DNA of 64,000 bases. It comes from an uncultured Clostridium sp. GTDB lineage: Bacteria; Bacillota; Clostridia; TANB77; CAG-508. Below, one piece after another: positions 1-11,680 of this stretch. Position 1 is the first letter of the stretch, and each line of letters opens with the position of its first letter. Under the pieces are notes generated by a model. That model did no database searches and had not been told where the DNA came from. It worked only from the letters and a program-made list of their open reading frames with translations. The position numbers and the translations under genes are program-made. The stretch is from contig CAMKEH010000003.1 in NCBI GenBank assembly GCA_946411515.1, positions 47,572 through 111,571 on the forward strand, in the 5' to 3' direction.

Positions 1-504
1 AGAAATTACAGCTATATCTGTTGTTCCTCCACCAATATCTACTACCATATTTCCACATGGTTTAGATATATCAATACCTGCTCCAATTGCTGCAGCAATT
101 GGTTCTTCTATTAAATAGACTTTTCTAGCTCCTGCTTGTGAAGCAGCATCTATTACAGCTTTTTTCTCCACTTCTGTTACTTGTGAAGGAATACATATCA
201 TAATTCTAGGTGCAAAAATAAATTTTCCACAAATTTTATTTATAAAATATTTTAACATTTTTTCTGTTACAGTATAATCAGATATAACACCATCTCTCAA
301 AGGTCTTGTAGCTACGATATTTCCAGGCGTTCTTCCAAGCATTCTTCTTGCTTCTTGTCCAACTGCAAGAACATCTCCTGTGTTATTATCTACAGCAACA
401 ACAGAAGGTTCTCTTAAAACTATCCCTTTTCCTTTTACATAAGCAATCACTGTTGCTGTTCCTAAATCTATACCAATATCTTGTCCTAACCCTAATTTAA
501 ACAT
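1..504 (-). CDS. mreB: rod shape-determining protein MreB, N-terminal 168 codons (gene runs off window start)
   Basis: Minus-strand ATG at 502-504. Translation [39 protein letters not shown]...[15 protein letters not shown] carries the actin-fold MreB phosphate motifs. Confidence 0.85.
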   Translation of the reverse strand, partial: MFKLGLGQDIGIDLGTATVIAYVKGKGIVLREPSVVAVDNNTGDVLAVGQEARRMLGRTPGNIVATRPLRDGVISDYTVTEKMLKYFINKICGKFIFAPRIMICIPSQVTEVEKKAVIDAASQAGARKVYLIEEPIAAAIGAGIDISKPCGNMVVDIGGGTTDIAVIS

Positions 505-655
505 GTTTTTAATTCCTCACAATCTTTTTATTTCTTTTTTGTTACAAATATGTTACGATTATATTACATGATTGATAATTTATCAACCCTTTTAATTGAA
601 TTTTTTTATTTTTTATATTATAATATTGGTGTAAATTTAATTAATTGGAGGATTT

Positions 656-1111
656 ATGAAAAATTATAGATTTATTTCCAAAAATGAACTTGATACAAAA
701 AACTTTGCAAAAAAATTTGCTTCCAGACTAAAACCTACAGATGTAGTTGTTTTAACAGGAGAATTAGGTTCTGGGAAAACAAAGTTTGTTGAAGGTTTCT
801 TAAGTTTTTTTGGATTAGAAAATGAAATTTCTAGTCCTACATTTACAATTGTCAACGAATATAAAAAAGATAATATAAATATCTATCATTTTGATGTATA
901 TAGATTAGAAGATTCTTCTGAGTTTTATGAAATTGGTGGCGAAGAATATTTCTCAAATGGAATTTGTCTAATTGAATGGGGAGAATTAATAAAAGATGTT
1001 CTTCCAAAAAATTATATAAATATCACTTTTGAAAAAGATGATAATGATGAAAATATTAGGATTTTAAATATAACAACAACTGATAATTATGATTTAAAAG
1101 GTTTGTTTTAA
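656..1111 (+). CDS. tsaE: tRNA t6A37 biosynthesis ATPase TsaE
   Basis: 151 aa with P-loop GELGSGKT and YjeE/TsaE size. GGAGG RBS upstream. Followed by tsaB and rimI. Confidence 0.85.
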   Translation: MKNYRFISKNELDTKNFAKKFASRLKPTDVVVLTGELGSGKTKFVEGFLSFFGLENEISSPTFTIVNEYKKDNINIYHFDVYRLEDSSEFYEIGGEEYFSNGICLIEWGELIKDVLPKNYINITFEKDDNDENIRILNITTTDNYDLKGLF

Positions 1112-1128
1112 ATAAAGGAGGTTTTATT

Positions 1129-1856
1129 TTGAAATTATTAAGTATTGATACTTCAAGCAATATTTGTGGAGTTTCTATTTTAGAAAATAATAATTTAATT
1201 TGCAATTTAGATACTGATACTCGGAAGAACTCATTCTGAAAATTTAATGCCTATGATTAAAGACATTCTTATAAAAAATAATTTATCTTTAGATGATATA
1301 GATTTAATAGTTTGTGATATAGGTCCACGGTTCTTTTACAGGAATAAGAATTGGAATTGCAACTGTAAAAGCTTTTCATGATAGTTTAAATATTCCTTTT
1401 ATTGGAGTTAATTCTTTAGAAGCATTAGCTTATAATAGTAAAAATTCTACTTTAGTTTGTAGTATTTTAGATGCAAATAATGATAATTGCTATTTTGCTT
1501 TATATGAGAGAAAAGAAAATTATTTTGAAGAACTAATAGAACCTCAAGCAGAAAGTATAGATAGCACAATTGCTATATTAAATTCTTATTTAGAAGATGA
1601 TTTTAATAATAGTTCGATTACTTTTGTTGGAGATGGAGCTGAAAATTTTAAAAATCAGATAAGTAATGTTTTTAGAAATGCAATATTTTTAGATTCTAAA
1701 CAAAATATATTAAATTCATACAATCTAGGGCTATGTGGTTTTAAAAAATATCAAAATGGAATTTTAAATGAAGACATATTGCCATTATACTTAAAGAAAC
1801 CTCAAGCTCAAAGGTTGTTAGAACAAAGATTAAAGGATATGAACAATGATGAATAA
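1129..1856 (+). CDS. tsaB: tRNA t6A37 biosynthesis protein TsaB; reading frame needs two +1 switches at in-frame CGG
   Basis: TTG start 7 nt after AAGGAGG. LKLLSIDTSSNICGVSILEN..., GRTHSENLMPMIKD, GPGSFTGIRIG and the C-terminal LYLKKPQAQR become one protein only if the C at 1222 and the C at 1328 are skipped. Missing from the ORF track because it is split over three frames. Confidence 0.8.
1222..1224 (+). other. in-frame CGG; protein continues in +1 frame at GGA (tsaB site 1)
   Basis: GAT ACT C|GGA AGA ACT CAT TCT gives DT-GRTHSENLMPM. The 0 frame stops after 5 codons. Confidence 0.8.
1328..1330 (+). other. in-frame CGG; protein continues in +1 frame at GGT (tsaB site 2)
   Basis: GGT CCA C|GGT TCT TTT ACA GGA gives the invariant GPGSFTG. 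Confidence 0.9.
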
Positions 1857-2289
1857 TATTAAAATTGAAGAAATGAATTTGAGCCATTTAGAAATCATTA
1901 AAAATATTTTAACATCTGAATTTGATGATTTTTGGAACTATAATGTTTTAAAAGAAGAATTAGAAAATAAGAATTCTAAATATCTAATAGCAAAAATAGA
2001 TAATGAAATTATTGGATTTGCTGGTATTAAAATAATATTAGATGAAGCAGATATTATGAATATCGTAGTAAAAAAGAATTTTAGAAATAATGGTATTGGC
2101 TCTTTACTTTTAAAAAATTTAATTAAATTGTCTATAGACTTAAATATATCATCTATTTCTTTAGAAGTAGATGAAACAAATATAGTAGCAATTAATTTAT
2201 ACAAAAAATTTGATTTCAAAGAAATTGGAAATAGAAAAAACTATTATAAAAACAATAATGCAATATTAATGTCAAAAAAATTGAATTGA
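1846..2289 (+). CDS. rimI: ribosomal-protein-alanine N-acetyltransferase (GNAT)
   Basis: 147 aa GNAT with acetyl-CoA loop RNNGIGSLLL. Canonical tsaE-tsaB-rimI order; overlaps the tsaB stop. Confidence 0.75.
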   Translation: MMNNIKIEEMNLSHLEIIKNILTSEFDDFWNYNVLKEELENKNSKYLIAKIDNEIIGFAGIKIILDEADIMNIVVKKNFRNNGIGSLLLKNLIKLSIDLNISSISLEVDETNIVAINLYKKFDFKEIGNRKNYYKNNNAILMSKKLN

Positions 2290-2295
2290 AGCAAA

Positions 2296-2796
2296 TTACT
2301 TCAATTCAATTTTTATTTCTTTTTCTTCATCTAATTTTATTTTACTATATTTTACCTTACATTCATCAAATAATCTTCTAGATGCTATATTATTTTCTGA
2401 GTTTGCATATTTGTCTGATAAATATATAACTTCTTTAATTCCTGATTGGATAATAATTTTTGCACATTCATTACATGGAAATAAATCTACATATATTTTT
2501 GCATTTTCTAAATCTTTTTTACTTCCTCTAAAATTTAAAATTGCATTCATTTCAGCATGACATACATATGGATACTTTGTATTTAAATTTTCTCCTTCTC
2601 TACCCCAAGGAAAATTTTCATCATCAAATCCGTTTGGTGCTCCATTATATCCAATTGATAAAATCCTATTATCATTACTTACAATACATGCTCCAACTTG
2701 TGTAGATGGATCTTTGCTTCTCATAGCTGATAATTTTGCAAGTGCCATAAAATATTCATCCCAAGCTAAATAATCTTTTCTTTTTTCTCCACTCAT
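2296..2796 (-). CDS. comEB: dCMP deaminase
   Basis: Zinc motifs HAEMNAI and PCNECAKII. Start moved to the ATG at 2796, which has a GGAGG RBS. Confidence 0.85.
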   Translation of the reverse strand: MSGEKRKDYLAWDEYFMALAKLSAMRSKDPSTQVGACIVSNDNRILSIGYNGAPNGFDDENFPWGREGENLNTKYPYVCHAEMNAILNFRGSKKDLENAKIYVDLFPCNECAKIIIQSGIKEVIYLSDKYANSENNIASRRLFDECKVKYSKIKLDEEKEIKIELK

Positions 2797-2823
2797 ATTA
2801 TTTACCTCCATTTTTTATTATAT

Positions 2824-4094
<1,271 letters not shown>

Positions 4095-4107
4095 CTTTTC
4101 TCCTTTT

Positions 4108-4139
4108 TGAAACAAATCGTCACTGTCCCCTTTGTTTCA
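4108..4139 (-). repeat. 32-nt hairpin motif copy A (TGAAACAAA-GGGGACAGTGACGA-TTTGTTTCA), abutting the trpS stop
   Basis: Minus strand reads TAG|TGAAACAAAGGGGACAGTGACGATTTGTTTCA. It shares TGAAACAAAGGGGACAG with the copies at 54926 and 55055. Confidence 0.8.
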
Positions 4140-5153
4140 CTAATTTTCAAAATAATCTAATTTCATAGCCTTTTTTACTTTTTTCATTGTTTGTTTTGCC
4201 ATTTCTTTAGCTTTTGCAGTTCCTTCTAATAGTATTTTATCTACTTCTTCTGGATGTGCTTCATAATATGCTCTTTTTTCTCTTATAGGTCTTAATTCTT
4301 CTATTATGTTTGCTGCTAATTGTCTTTTACAAGCAACACATCCTCGTTTTCCAGCTTTACATTCTTCACATACTGTTTTTACTTCTTCATTAGTACTAAA
4401 TAATTTATGATAATAATAAACCATACATACATCAGGATTTCCTAAATCATCCTTTTTTATTCTATTAGGATCTGTTACTGCACTCATTACTTTTTTTGTT
4501 ATTTCTTCTTCACTATCTGATAAATAAATTGCATTTCCTAATGATTTTCCCATTTTTTCATTTCCATCTAGTCCTTTTATTCTTTTTTCACTAGATAGTA
4601 CAGCTTCTGGCTCTACTAATACTTCTCCATATATGCTATTAAATTTTCTAACTATCTCTCTACATTGTTCTATAAGTGGAAGTTGGTCCTCTCCTACTGG
4701 TACAAGTTCTCCTTCAAATGCTGTGATATCTGCTGCTTGACTTACAGGATATCCTAAAAATCCATATGTTACACTTTCCCCAAATAAATCTCTTTTTTGT
4801 GCTATTTCTGTTTTTACTGTTGGATTTCTTTGAAGTCTAGCAATTGTTACTAAATTTGAGTAAAATACTGTTAATTCTGCAACTTCTGGTATCATTGATT
4901 GTATATATATTGTTGTTTTTTTAGGATCAATTCCTACAGATAAATAATCCATTGCTACTTCTCTTACATTTTTTCTTACTTTTTCTGGATTGTTAAAATT
5001 ATCTGTTAATGCTTGAACATCTGCTATTAATATATATGGATCATATTTTCCACTTTCTTGCATTTCAACCCTCTTTTTTAGAGATCCAAAATAATGTCCA
5101 ATATGTAATTTTCCTGTAGGCCTATCACCTGTTAATATTCTTTTTTTATCCAT
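4140..5153 (-). CDS. trpS: tryptophan--tRNA ligase
   Basis: Class I motifs GKLHIGHY and KMGKS. 337 aa, TrpRS size. Confidence 0.9.
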   Translation of the reverse strand: MDKKRILTGDRPTGKLHIGHYFGSLKKRVEMQESGKYDPYILIADVQALTDNFNNPEKVRKNVREVAMDYLSVGIDPKKTTIYIQSMIPEVAELTVFYSNLVTIARLQRNPTVKTEIAQKRDLFGESVTYGFLGYPVSQAADITAFEGELVPVGEDQLPLIEQCREIVRKFNSIYGEVLVEPEAVLSSEKRIKGLDGNEKMGKSLGNAIYLSDSEEEITKKVMSAVTDPNRIKKDDLGNPDVCMVYYYHKLFSTNEEVKTVCEECKAGKRGCVACKRQLAANIIEELRPIREKRAYYEAHPEEVDKILLEGTAKAKEMAKQTMKKVKKAMKLDYFEN

Positions 5154-5208
5154 ATCAAAATCTATTCCTTTCTAAATAATACTTTATAGAATTTATATTA
5201 TTATTTAT

Positions 5209-6411
5209 TTATTTTTCTAATAACCAATCTATAATATTTTTATGAATTATTCCGTTTTTGGAAAAATCTGCTTTATCTAATGACAAAACATATTTAGGAT
5301 AATTGTCATTTACTTCATTAAACGCTTCAAATTCTCTTTCTTTAACTTTATCATCTTGTAATAAATATGTTACTTGAAAATACAATTTCTCATCTGTTTT
5401 TGTTGCAATAAAATCTATTTCGCCGTCTTTTATTTTTCCTATGTAAACTTCATAGCCTCTTTCTAATAATTCGTTATATACAATATTTTCAATAGCAAAA
5501 CTCTTATTTATTTCAAAATTATTATTTTTTATTTGTGCTATTCCTAAATCTGTCATATAATATTTATTTAATGTTTTTAAAATCGCTTTTCCATGAATAT
5601 CATATCTATATATTTTTTTAATCATCAAAGCTTTGCATAGTGCATCCAAATATATATAAAGTGTTTCAGTTGATACTGATTTTCCTTCATTTTTCAAAAA
5701 ATTTATTACATTTTCTGCAGAAAATTGACGACCTGTAGTATCTACAATATATTGTAATAATAAATCAAATAAAACCGTATCTTTTAGTCCTAATCTCTCT
5801 ACTACATCTCTTAATATAATTGAATCAAATACACTATGAAGATAGTCTTTAATATTACTTTCATCTGTAAATTGAGTTCTATTTGGAAGTCCTCCCCATT
5901 TAACAAAATTCCAAAATGTATCTTCCAATTTACCATCCTTGCCTGTTATTTCTACAAATTCTTTATAAGATAAAGGATAAATATTAAACAATACATATCT
6001 TCCAGATAAAACAGTTGATAATTCATTTGAGAGTAATTTACTATTTGAGCCAGTAATAAATATGCTTATGTTTTCGATTGATGCTCTTAATGAATTAATT
6101 ACTTCTTCAAATTTGTCTACTTTTTGAATTTCATCTAGAAATATATAATATTTTTTTTCATCTAATATTTTTTCTTTTATATATGTATTTAATTTTTTAT
6201 AATCTTGTAATTCTTCATATTCAATTAATTCGAAGTTAATATATATAATATGACTTTCATCTATTTTTCTTTCTTTTAATTCATTCATTATTTGTTTCAA
6301 AATCACAGATTTTCCACATCTTCTTATACCTACTAAAATCTTTATTAAGTCACTATCATAAAATCCTCTTATTCTTGATAAATACATTTCTCTTTTTAAC
6401 ATTTTTATCAC
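5209..6411 (-). CDS. AAA+ ATPase with DUF4143-type C-terminal domain
   Basis: P-loop GIRRCGKS near the N-terminus. 400 aa, with the architecture typical of the ATPase_14/DUF4143 family. Confidence 0.6.
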   Translation of the reverse strand: MIKMLKREMYLSRIRGFYDSDLIKILVGIRRCGKSVILKQIMNELKERKIDESHIIYINFELIEYEELQDYKKLNTYIKEKILDEKKYYIFLDEIQKVDKFEEVINSLRASIENISIFITGSNSKLLSNELSTVLSGRYVLFNIYPLSYKEFVEITGKDGKLEDTFWNFVKWGGLPNRTQFTDESNIKDYLHSVFDSIILRDVVERLGLKDTVLFDLLLQYIVDTTGRQFSAENVINFLKNEGKSVSTETLYIYLDALCKALMIKKIYRYDIHGKAILKTLNKYYMTDLGIAQIKNNNFEINKSFAIENIVYNELLERGYEVYIGKIKDGEIDFIATKTDEKLYFQVTYLLQDDKVKEREFEAFNEVNDNYPKYVLSLDKADFSKNGIIHKNIIDWLLEK

Positions 6412-6562
6412 CTACACTAATTATAATGCGTTATACTCCATTTGTCAAGTTATTTCGCTTTTTCGAAACAACTTTTTTATTGTTAAATAAATTTCGTAAT
6501 TGTGAAATTTGTAAAAATAATTTCTAATTTAAACTTTTAATCTATTTTTTATTTAAATAGCA

Positions 6563-6586
6563 CAAAAAGACCACTAGAGCGGTCTT
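6563..6586 (-). terminator. intrinsic terminator after prs
   Basis: Minus strand AAGACCGCTCTAGTGGTCTTTTTGTG: 6-bp GC-containing stem plus a U-run. Confidence 0.6.
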
Positions 6587-7526
6587 AATTTCTAAATAAT
6601 TCACCTATTGGTCTTTCTTCATTAATTCTTTTTATTGTTTCTGCAAATAATGGTGCTATTGAAAGTACAGTTATACTGTCTAATTTCTTTTCTTCTGGAA
6701 TTGGTATAGTATTTGTTACTACTAATTCTTTTATTTCTGAATTTTTAATTCTTTCAATTGCAGGTCCTGATAGAACTCCATGAGTACATCCAGCATATAT
6801 GTTTTTTGCTCCGAATTTTTTTAAAACTTTTACTGTTTCCATCATTGATCCTGCTGTATCTATTTCATCATCAAAAATTATTGCATTTTTATCTTTAACA
6901 TCTCCAATAATTGTACTTGCAATTGCTCTATCATCATTTCCTTCTCTTCTTTTATCTACCATTGCGATTGGGCAATTAAAAAATTGTGAATATTTATATG
7001 CTTTTTTAGAACTTCCTGCATCTGTTGCAACAATTACCATATCTTTCAAGTTTTTTTCTTTAAAATAGTTTTCTAATAAATGTTCTGCTGTTAATCTATC
7101 ACAATTAATATTAAAATATGCTTGTATTGCTGGATTATGTAAGTCGCATGTAATTACTCTAGTTGCTCCTGCCGCCTCTATTAACTGAGCCATTAGTTTA
7201 GCAGTAATTGGAACTCTAGGTTGATCTTTTTTATCTGATCTTGAATATGGATAATACGGCAAAATCACATTTATATTTTTAGCAGAGGCTCTTTTTACAG
7301 CATCAATTGTTATTAATAATTCCATTATTCTTTCATTTACTGGTGGCTGTACTGTTTGTACAATATAAACATCATTTTGTCTAACAGTTTCTAGTATCTG
7401 AACAAAATTATTATCATTTTTAAATTTCAGATGTTTTATTTCTCCCATTTCGATTTTTAAGTAATCACAAATTTCTTTAGTAAATTTTTCTGCAGTTGGA
7501 CAAGCAAATATCTTAATATTATTCAT
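6585..7526 (-). CDS. prs: ribose-phosphate diphosphokinase
   Basis: 313 aa with PRPP-binding loop FDDEIDTAGS and conserved YYPYSRSDKK segment. Confidence 0.9.
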   Translation of the reverse strand: MNNIKIFACPTAEKFTKEICDYLKIEMGEIKHLKFKNDNNFVQILETVRQNDVYIVQTVQPPVNERIMELLITIDAVKRASAKNINVILPYYPYSRSDKKDQPRVPITAKLMAQLIEAAGATRVITCDLHNPAIQAYFNINCDRLTAEHLLENYFKEKNLKDMVIVATDAGSSKKAYKYSQFFNCPIAMVDKRREGNDDRAIASTIIGDVKDKNAIIFDDEIDTAGSMMETVKVLKKFGAKNIYAGCTHGVLSGPAIERIKNSEIKELVVTNTIPIPEEKKLDSITVLSIAPLFAETIKRINEERPIGELFRN

Positions 7527-7547
7527 AATATGATCCCCCTTTAATAA

Positions 7548-8486
7548 TTAATCTAAATTTATTTTTTTATCAATTATATATTGTGGTCTTTTTCTTGTTT
7601 CATCATATATTCTTGAAATATATTCTGAAATTATCCATATTGATAATAATTGAACTCCACTAAATAGTGTTATTGCAACCATTATGGATGTCCATCCTGG
7701 TGTTAAATTATTCAATTTTAATGAATATGAAATTAATGAATATATTAATATTGCAATTGATAATATTATTGTTAAAAATCCTATGCTTCCTACTATTTTT
7801 AGAGGTTTTGTGGAAAAACTTATAATACCATCTGTTGCTAATTTCCACATTTTTTTTAATGGATATTTTGTTTTTCCAGATAATCTTTCATCTCTTTGAT
7901 ATTCATATGCATATTGTTTAAAGCCTACCCAACTAAATAATCCTCTTAAAAATTTATTATGTTCTGGCATTTCATTTATAACATCTATTACTTTTTTATC
8001 TACTAATCTAAAATCTCCTGTATCTTTTGGTATTTCTACATCTGATAATGCATTTAAAGTTTTATAGAACATTTTTGCTGTTAGCAATTTAAATGCTGAT
8101 TCACCTTTTCTTTTTTTCCTTTTTCCATATATTACATCATTTCCATCTTCCCACAGTTTTATCATTTCTGGTATTAATTCGGGTGGATCTTGCAGGTCTG
8201 CATCTATAATTACTACTGCATCACCAGTAGAATACTTAATTCCTGCTGTTACTGCTGCTTGATGTCCAAAATTTCTAGAAAATGATATTACTTTTATATT
8301 TTCATTTTTTCGTGAGATATATTCTAGCATTTGTAAAGTTCTATCTTTACTTCCATCATTTACAAAAATCATTTCATACTTATATTCACTTATTTTTTCC
8401 AACGTATCTTTTATTTTTTTATATGATATTTCTAATACTTCTTCTTCATTATATACTGGTATTACAACAGATATCTTTTTCATCAT
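7548..8486 (-). CDS. polyprenyl-phosphate glycosyltransferase, GT2 (GtrB/CsbB-like)
   Basis: GT-A N-terminus VVIPVYNEE, VNDGSKD and DxD IDADLQD, plus two C-terminal TM helices. Confidence 0.75.
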   Translation of the reverse strand: MMKKISVVIPVYNEEEVLEISYKKIKDTLEKISEYKYEMIFVNDGSKDRTLQMLEYISRKNENIKVISFSRNFGHQAAVTAGIKYSTGDAVVIIDADLQDPPELIPEMIKLWEDGNDVIYGKRKKRKGESAFKLLTAKMFYKTLNALSDVEIPKDTGDFRLVDKKVIDVINEMPEHNKFLRGLFSWVGFKQYAYEYQRDERLSGKTKYPLKKMWKLATDGIISFSTKPLKIVGSIGFLTIILSIAILIYSLISYSLKLNNLTPGWTSIMVAITLFSGVQLLSIWIISEYISRIYDETRKRPQYIIDKKINLD

Positions 8487-8498
8487 TTACTCTCCATA

Positions 8499-8918
8499 CT
8501 ATTTTTTATTTTTAAATGCAAAGAATTTACTAATAAAGAAATTTAATATAATTACTACTACTGTAAGTATAGCTTTACTAATAACATTAGGTATTGGCAA
8601 TAAGAATAGTCCTATTCCACCAACAAATTCTATAACCATAGTAAATGCTCTACCTAACATAAATTTAAGAAATTGTATAAATCTTTCATTAAATGTTTTA
8701 GCCTCAGAATGAAATACTAAATCTTTATTTGTTATATAAGCAAATAACACTGCAAGCAGTATTGCAATAAAATTTGATATATTTTCATTTAAATTAAATA
8801 TTGAATTTAATAAATAAAATGATCCTAAATTTACAATTGTAGTGAAAATCCCAAATACAATATATAGTATTACTTCTTTAGTTAGTATCTTTTTTATAAT
8901 ATTTCTTATTTTTTCCAT
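8499..8918 (-). CDS. GtrA-family membrane protein
   Basis: 139 aa with 4 predicted TM helices. Lies directly upstream of the GtrB-like GT2. Confidence 0.65.
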   Translation of the reverse strand: MEKIRNIIKKILTKEVILYIVFGIFTTIVNLGSFYLLNSIFNLNENISNFIAILLAVLFAYITNKDLVFHSEAKTFNERFIQFLKFMLGRAFTMVIEFVGGIGLFLLPIPNVISKAILTVVVIILNFFISKFFAFKNKK

Positions 8919-9028
8919 AATTATACTTTTTTTCTCCTAAGCAAATTATATATTTATGAGATATTTTTGTCAACAACTTTAAATAATAAAAGATAAGTCC
9001 CAATTCAAAATGAGACCTATCTTCTATT

Positions 9029-9998
9029 TTAATCTAACCATTCTCTATTTTCTAAATACCAATCAATCGTTTTTACAATTCCATCTTCAAATTTTGTTTT
9101 TGGAAGCCATCCGAAGTTCCTTACTTATTTTAGTTGGATCGATTGCATATCTATAGTCATGTCCTTTTCTATCTTCTACATGTTCTATTAAATCTTCTGA
9201 TTTTCCTAGTCTTTGCAATATTAGTTTTACAATTTCAATATTTCTTCTTTCATTGTGTCCACCAATATTATACCTTTCTCCAGCAACTCCATTATGGAAC
9301 ACTAAATCAATAGCTTCACAATGATCTTCTACATATAACCAATCTCTAATGTTTAAACCTTCACCATATACTGGTAATTTTTGATCATTTAAAGCAAGTT
9401 TTATCATATGTGGTATTAATTTTTCATTGTGTTGATATGGACCATAATTATTTGAACAGTTTGTTACATTTACATTCATCTTATATGTTTCTTTATATGC
9501 AAGTGCTATTAAATCTGAACTTGCTTTTGATGAAGAGTATGGACTACTTGGTTTTATTGGAGATTTTTCTGTAAAATATCCTTCTTCTCCAAGAGAACCA
9601 TATACTTCATCTGTTGATATATGAACAAATTTATTAGGGCTTCCTTCTCCCCATATTTGTTTTGCAGTTTCTAACAAAGTATGAGTTCCAATTACATTTG
9701 TCTGTGTAAATATAAATGGATTTTTTATACTATTGTCAACATGTGATTCTGCAGCAAAATGAATTACTCCATTTATATCATATTTTTTAAATATTTCTTT
9801 CATTTTTTCAAAGTCACATATATCTGCCTGTTCAAACTCTATTTTATCTTGTACCTTCTTTAGATTATTCATATTTCCTGCATATGTTAATTTATCTACT
9901 ACAACCACTTTATAATCCGGGTGTTTGTTTACAAAGTATTCTGCAAAATTTGCTCCTATAAAACCAGCAGCTCCTGTTACTAATACATTTTTACTCAT
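9029..9998 (-). CDS. rfbB: dTDP-glucose 4,6-dehydratase; C-terminus needs one +1 switch at in-frame CGG
   Basis: Rossmann GAAGFIGAN and YSSSK catalytic motif. The conserved tail ELGWLPKTKFEDGIVKTIDWYLENREWLD* is reached only by skipping the C of minus-strand CGG 9111-9113. Confidence 0.85.
9111..9113 (-). other. in-frame CGG; +1 continuation at GGA (rfbB)
   Basis: GAA CTT C|GGA TGG CTT CCA AAA ACA gives KEL-GWLPKTKFEDG. Confidence 0.9.
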
Positions 9999-10060
9999 TT
10001 TTTATTCCTCTTTCTTTATTTTTATATTTATTTTTTATTTTTTCACATTCTTATTTAAAA

Positions 10061-10642
10061 TTATTTTAAATTTTGAAACAAATCAGTTTCTTTTAATTCT
10101 TTTAAAGATGGCCATTTTGCATCTTTTTCTGATGTTAACAAATCTGCTTTATTTAAATCTCCCATTGGCCATTTGATTGCTACATCAGGATCATTCCAAG
10201 CAAGTCCTCCTTCTGCTTCATGATTATATACATCATCACATTTATATGTAAATTCAGCTTCATCTGATAATACCAAAAATCCATGTGCAAATCCTCTTGG
10301 AATCATAAACATTTTCTTATTTTCTTCAGAAAGTAATACACCTTCCCATTTCCCATAAGTTTTACTTCCAGGTCTTAAATCTACTGCAACATCAAAAACT
10401 TCTCCTTTTATTACTCTTACTAGTTTTGCTTGGCTATTTTCTTTTTGAAAATGTAATCCTCTTAAAACTCCTTTTTTAGATTTTGATTGATTATCTTGTA
10501 CAAAGTCATAATCTAATCCTATTTCTTTAAATTCTTCTTTACTATATGTTTCCATGAAATAACCTCTATTATCTCCAAAAACAGTTGGTTCAATTACATA
10601 TACACCATCTATTGATGTATCAATTTTTTTGAATTTACTCAT
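10061..10642 (-). CDS. rfbC: dTDP-4-dehydrorhamnose 3,5-epimerase
   Basis: 193 aa cupin with RGLHFQ and IPRGFAHGF motifs. Confidence 0.9.
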   Translation of the reverse strand: MSKFKKIDTSIDGVYVIEPTVFGDNRGYFMETYSKEEFKEIGLDYDFVQDNQSKSKKGVLRGLHFQKENSQAKLVRVIKGEVFDVAVDLRPGSKTYGKWEGVLLSEENKKMFMIPRGFAHGFLVLSDEAEFTYKCDDVYNHEAEGGLAWNDPDVAIKWPMGDLNKADLLTSEKDAKWPSLKELKETDLFQNLK

Positions 10643-10721
10643 TTAAAAATCTCCTTTTCTTTATTATCATTTTAAAATATATCATAATAATTACATAATT
10701 TCAACCTTACTTTTTTAATTT

Positions 10722-11666
10722 TTAATACTTAACTATCTTTTTGAATTCTTCTAAATCTTTATTCCATTTTTCATATTCTTTATCTTCCTTATGATTCTCT
10801 AATATATTTTTTTCCTTTAACCATTTACCTAAGTAATTTGTTACTTTAAGTGCTCCTTTATAATTTACATGATCTCCCTTATCTCCTGTTTCTGTTTTCC
10901 AATCTATATTTAAGTCATCTTTTAATTCATTTAGGTCTAAAAATTCAATACCTTCTTTATTTGCAAATTCTTTTACTCCATTATGCTTATTATATGACCA
11001 ATTTTTCTTACTTGGAATACTTACTATTACAAATTGTCCGCCTTGTTTTTCAGTATAATATTTTAAGAATTTTATATATATTTTACTAAGTAGTGGTATT
11101 TTTTCTATTTTCTCTGTTTTTTCCATATAAGGACTATCATCTGCTGGATCAGTTATTCCTATATAATGGTATCCTTTATTTATATCTGTTTCCTTATAAT
11201 CTATTTTACTATAAAAATCTTCTAATTTTAAATTCTTCCACCTATTATGATACTCTGTTACTGGCAAGATAATATTTAATATTCTCGCTAGCGGTACTGT
11301 CACACTTACAGGATTATATATATTATTTGCTTCTAAAATAACTATTTTAGGTTTTTGTTTTCTAGTTGTATCATATACCATTCTGCATGTATCTGGCAAA
11401 GTTTGTCCAGCTGTTCCACAAACATGCATTGTAAATCCATAATCTTCCCATATTTTCATTGGCATTGTAGATGCTATTGTTTCACTATCCCCATACATTA
11501 TAACATCAATTGTATTATCTTTTTCGCCAAATATTCCTCTTGCTTCTACTTCCTTCATTCCTGCTTTTTCAGAATTATTTTTAGGAGCAAGTATATAAGA
11601 TAGAATCATTAATATGAATATAAGTATTAATATAAAGGCTATAAATTTAATTATATTTTTTTTCAT
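10722..11666 (-). CDS. membrane-anchored SGNH/DltD-like extracytoplasmic acyltransferase
   Basis: N-terminal TM anchor, GDS block (MYGDSE) and C-terminal D-x-H (GDHVN). Last gene of the dlt-like operon. Confidence 0.55.
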   Translation of the reverse strand: MKKNIIKFIAFILILIFILMILSYILAPKNNSEKAGMKEVEARGIFGEKDNTIDVIMYGDSETIASTMPMKIWEDYGFTMHVCGTAGQTLPDTCRMVYDTTRKQKPKIVILEANNIYNPVSVTVPLARILNIILPVTEYHNRWKNLKLEDFYSKIDYKETDINKGYHYIGITDPADDSPYMEKTEKIEKIPLLSKIYIKFLKYYTEKQGGQFVIVSIPSKKNWSYNKHNGVKEFANKEGIEFLDLNELKDDLNIDWKTETGDKGDHVNYKGALKVTNYLGKWLKEKNILENHKEDKEYEKWNKDLEEFKKIVKY

Positions 11667-11680
11667 CTCAAATTTTCCTC

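Noticed and set aside
7684-8515. Plus-strand ORFs 7684-7899 and 8282-8515 within and around the GtrB-like gene
   Set aside because: They are antisense shadow ORFs with low-complexity hydrophobic sequence and no RBS.
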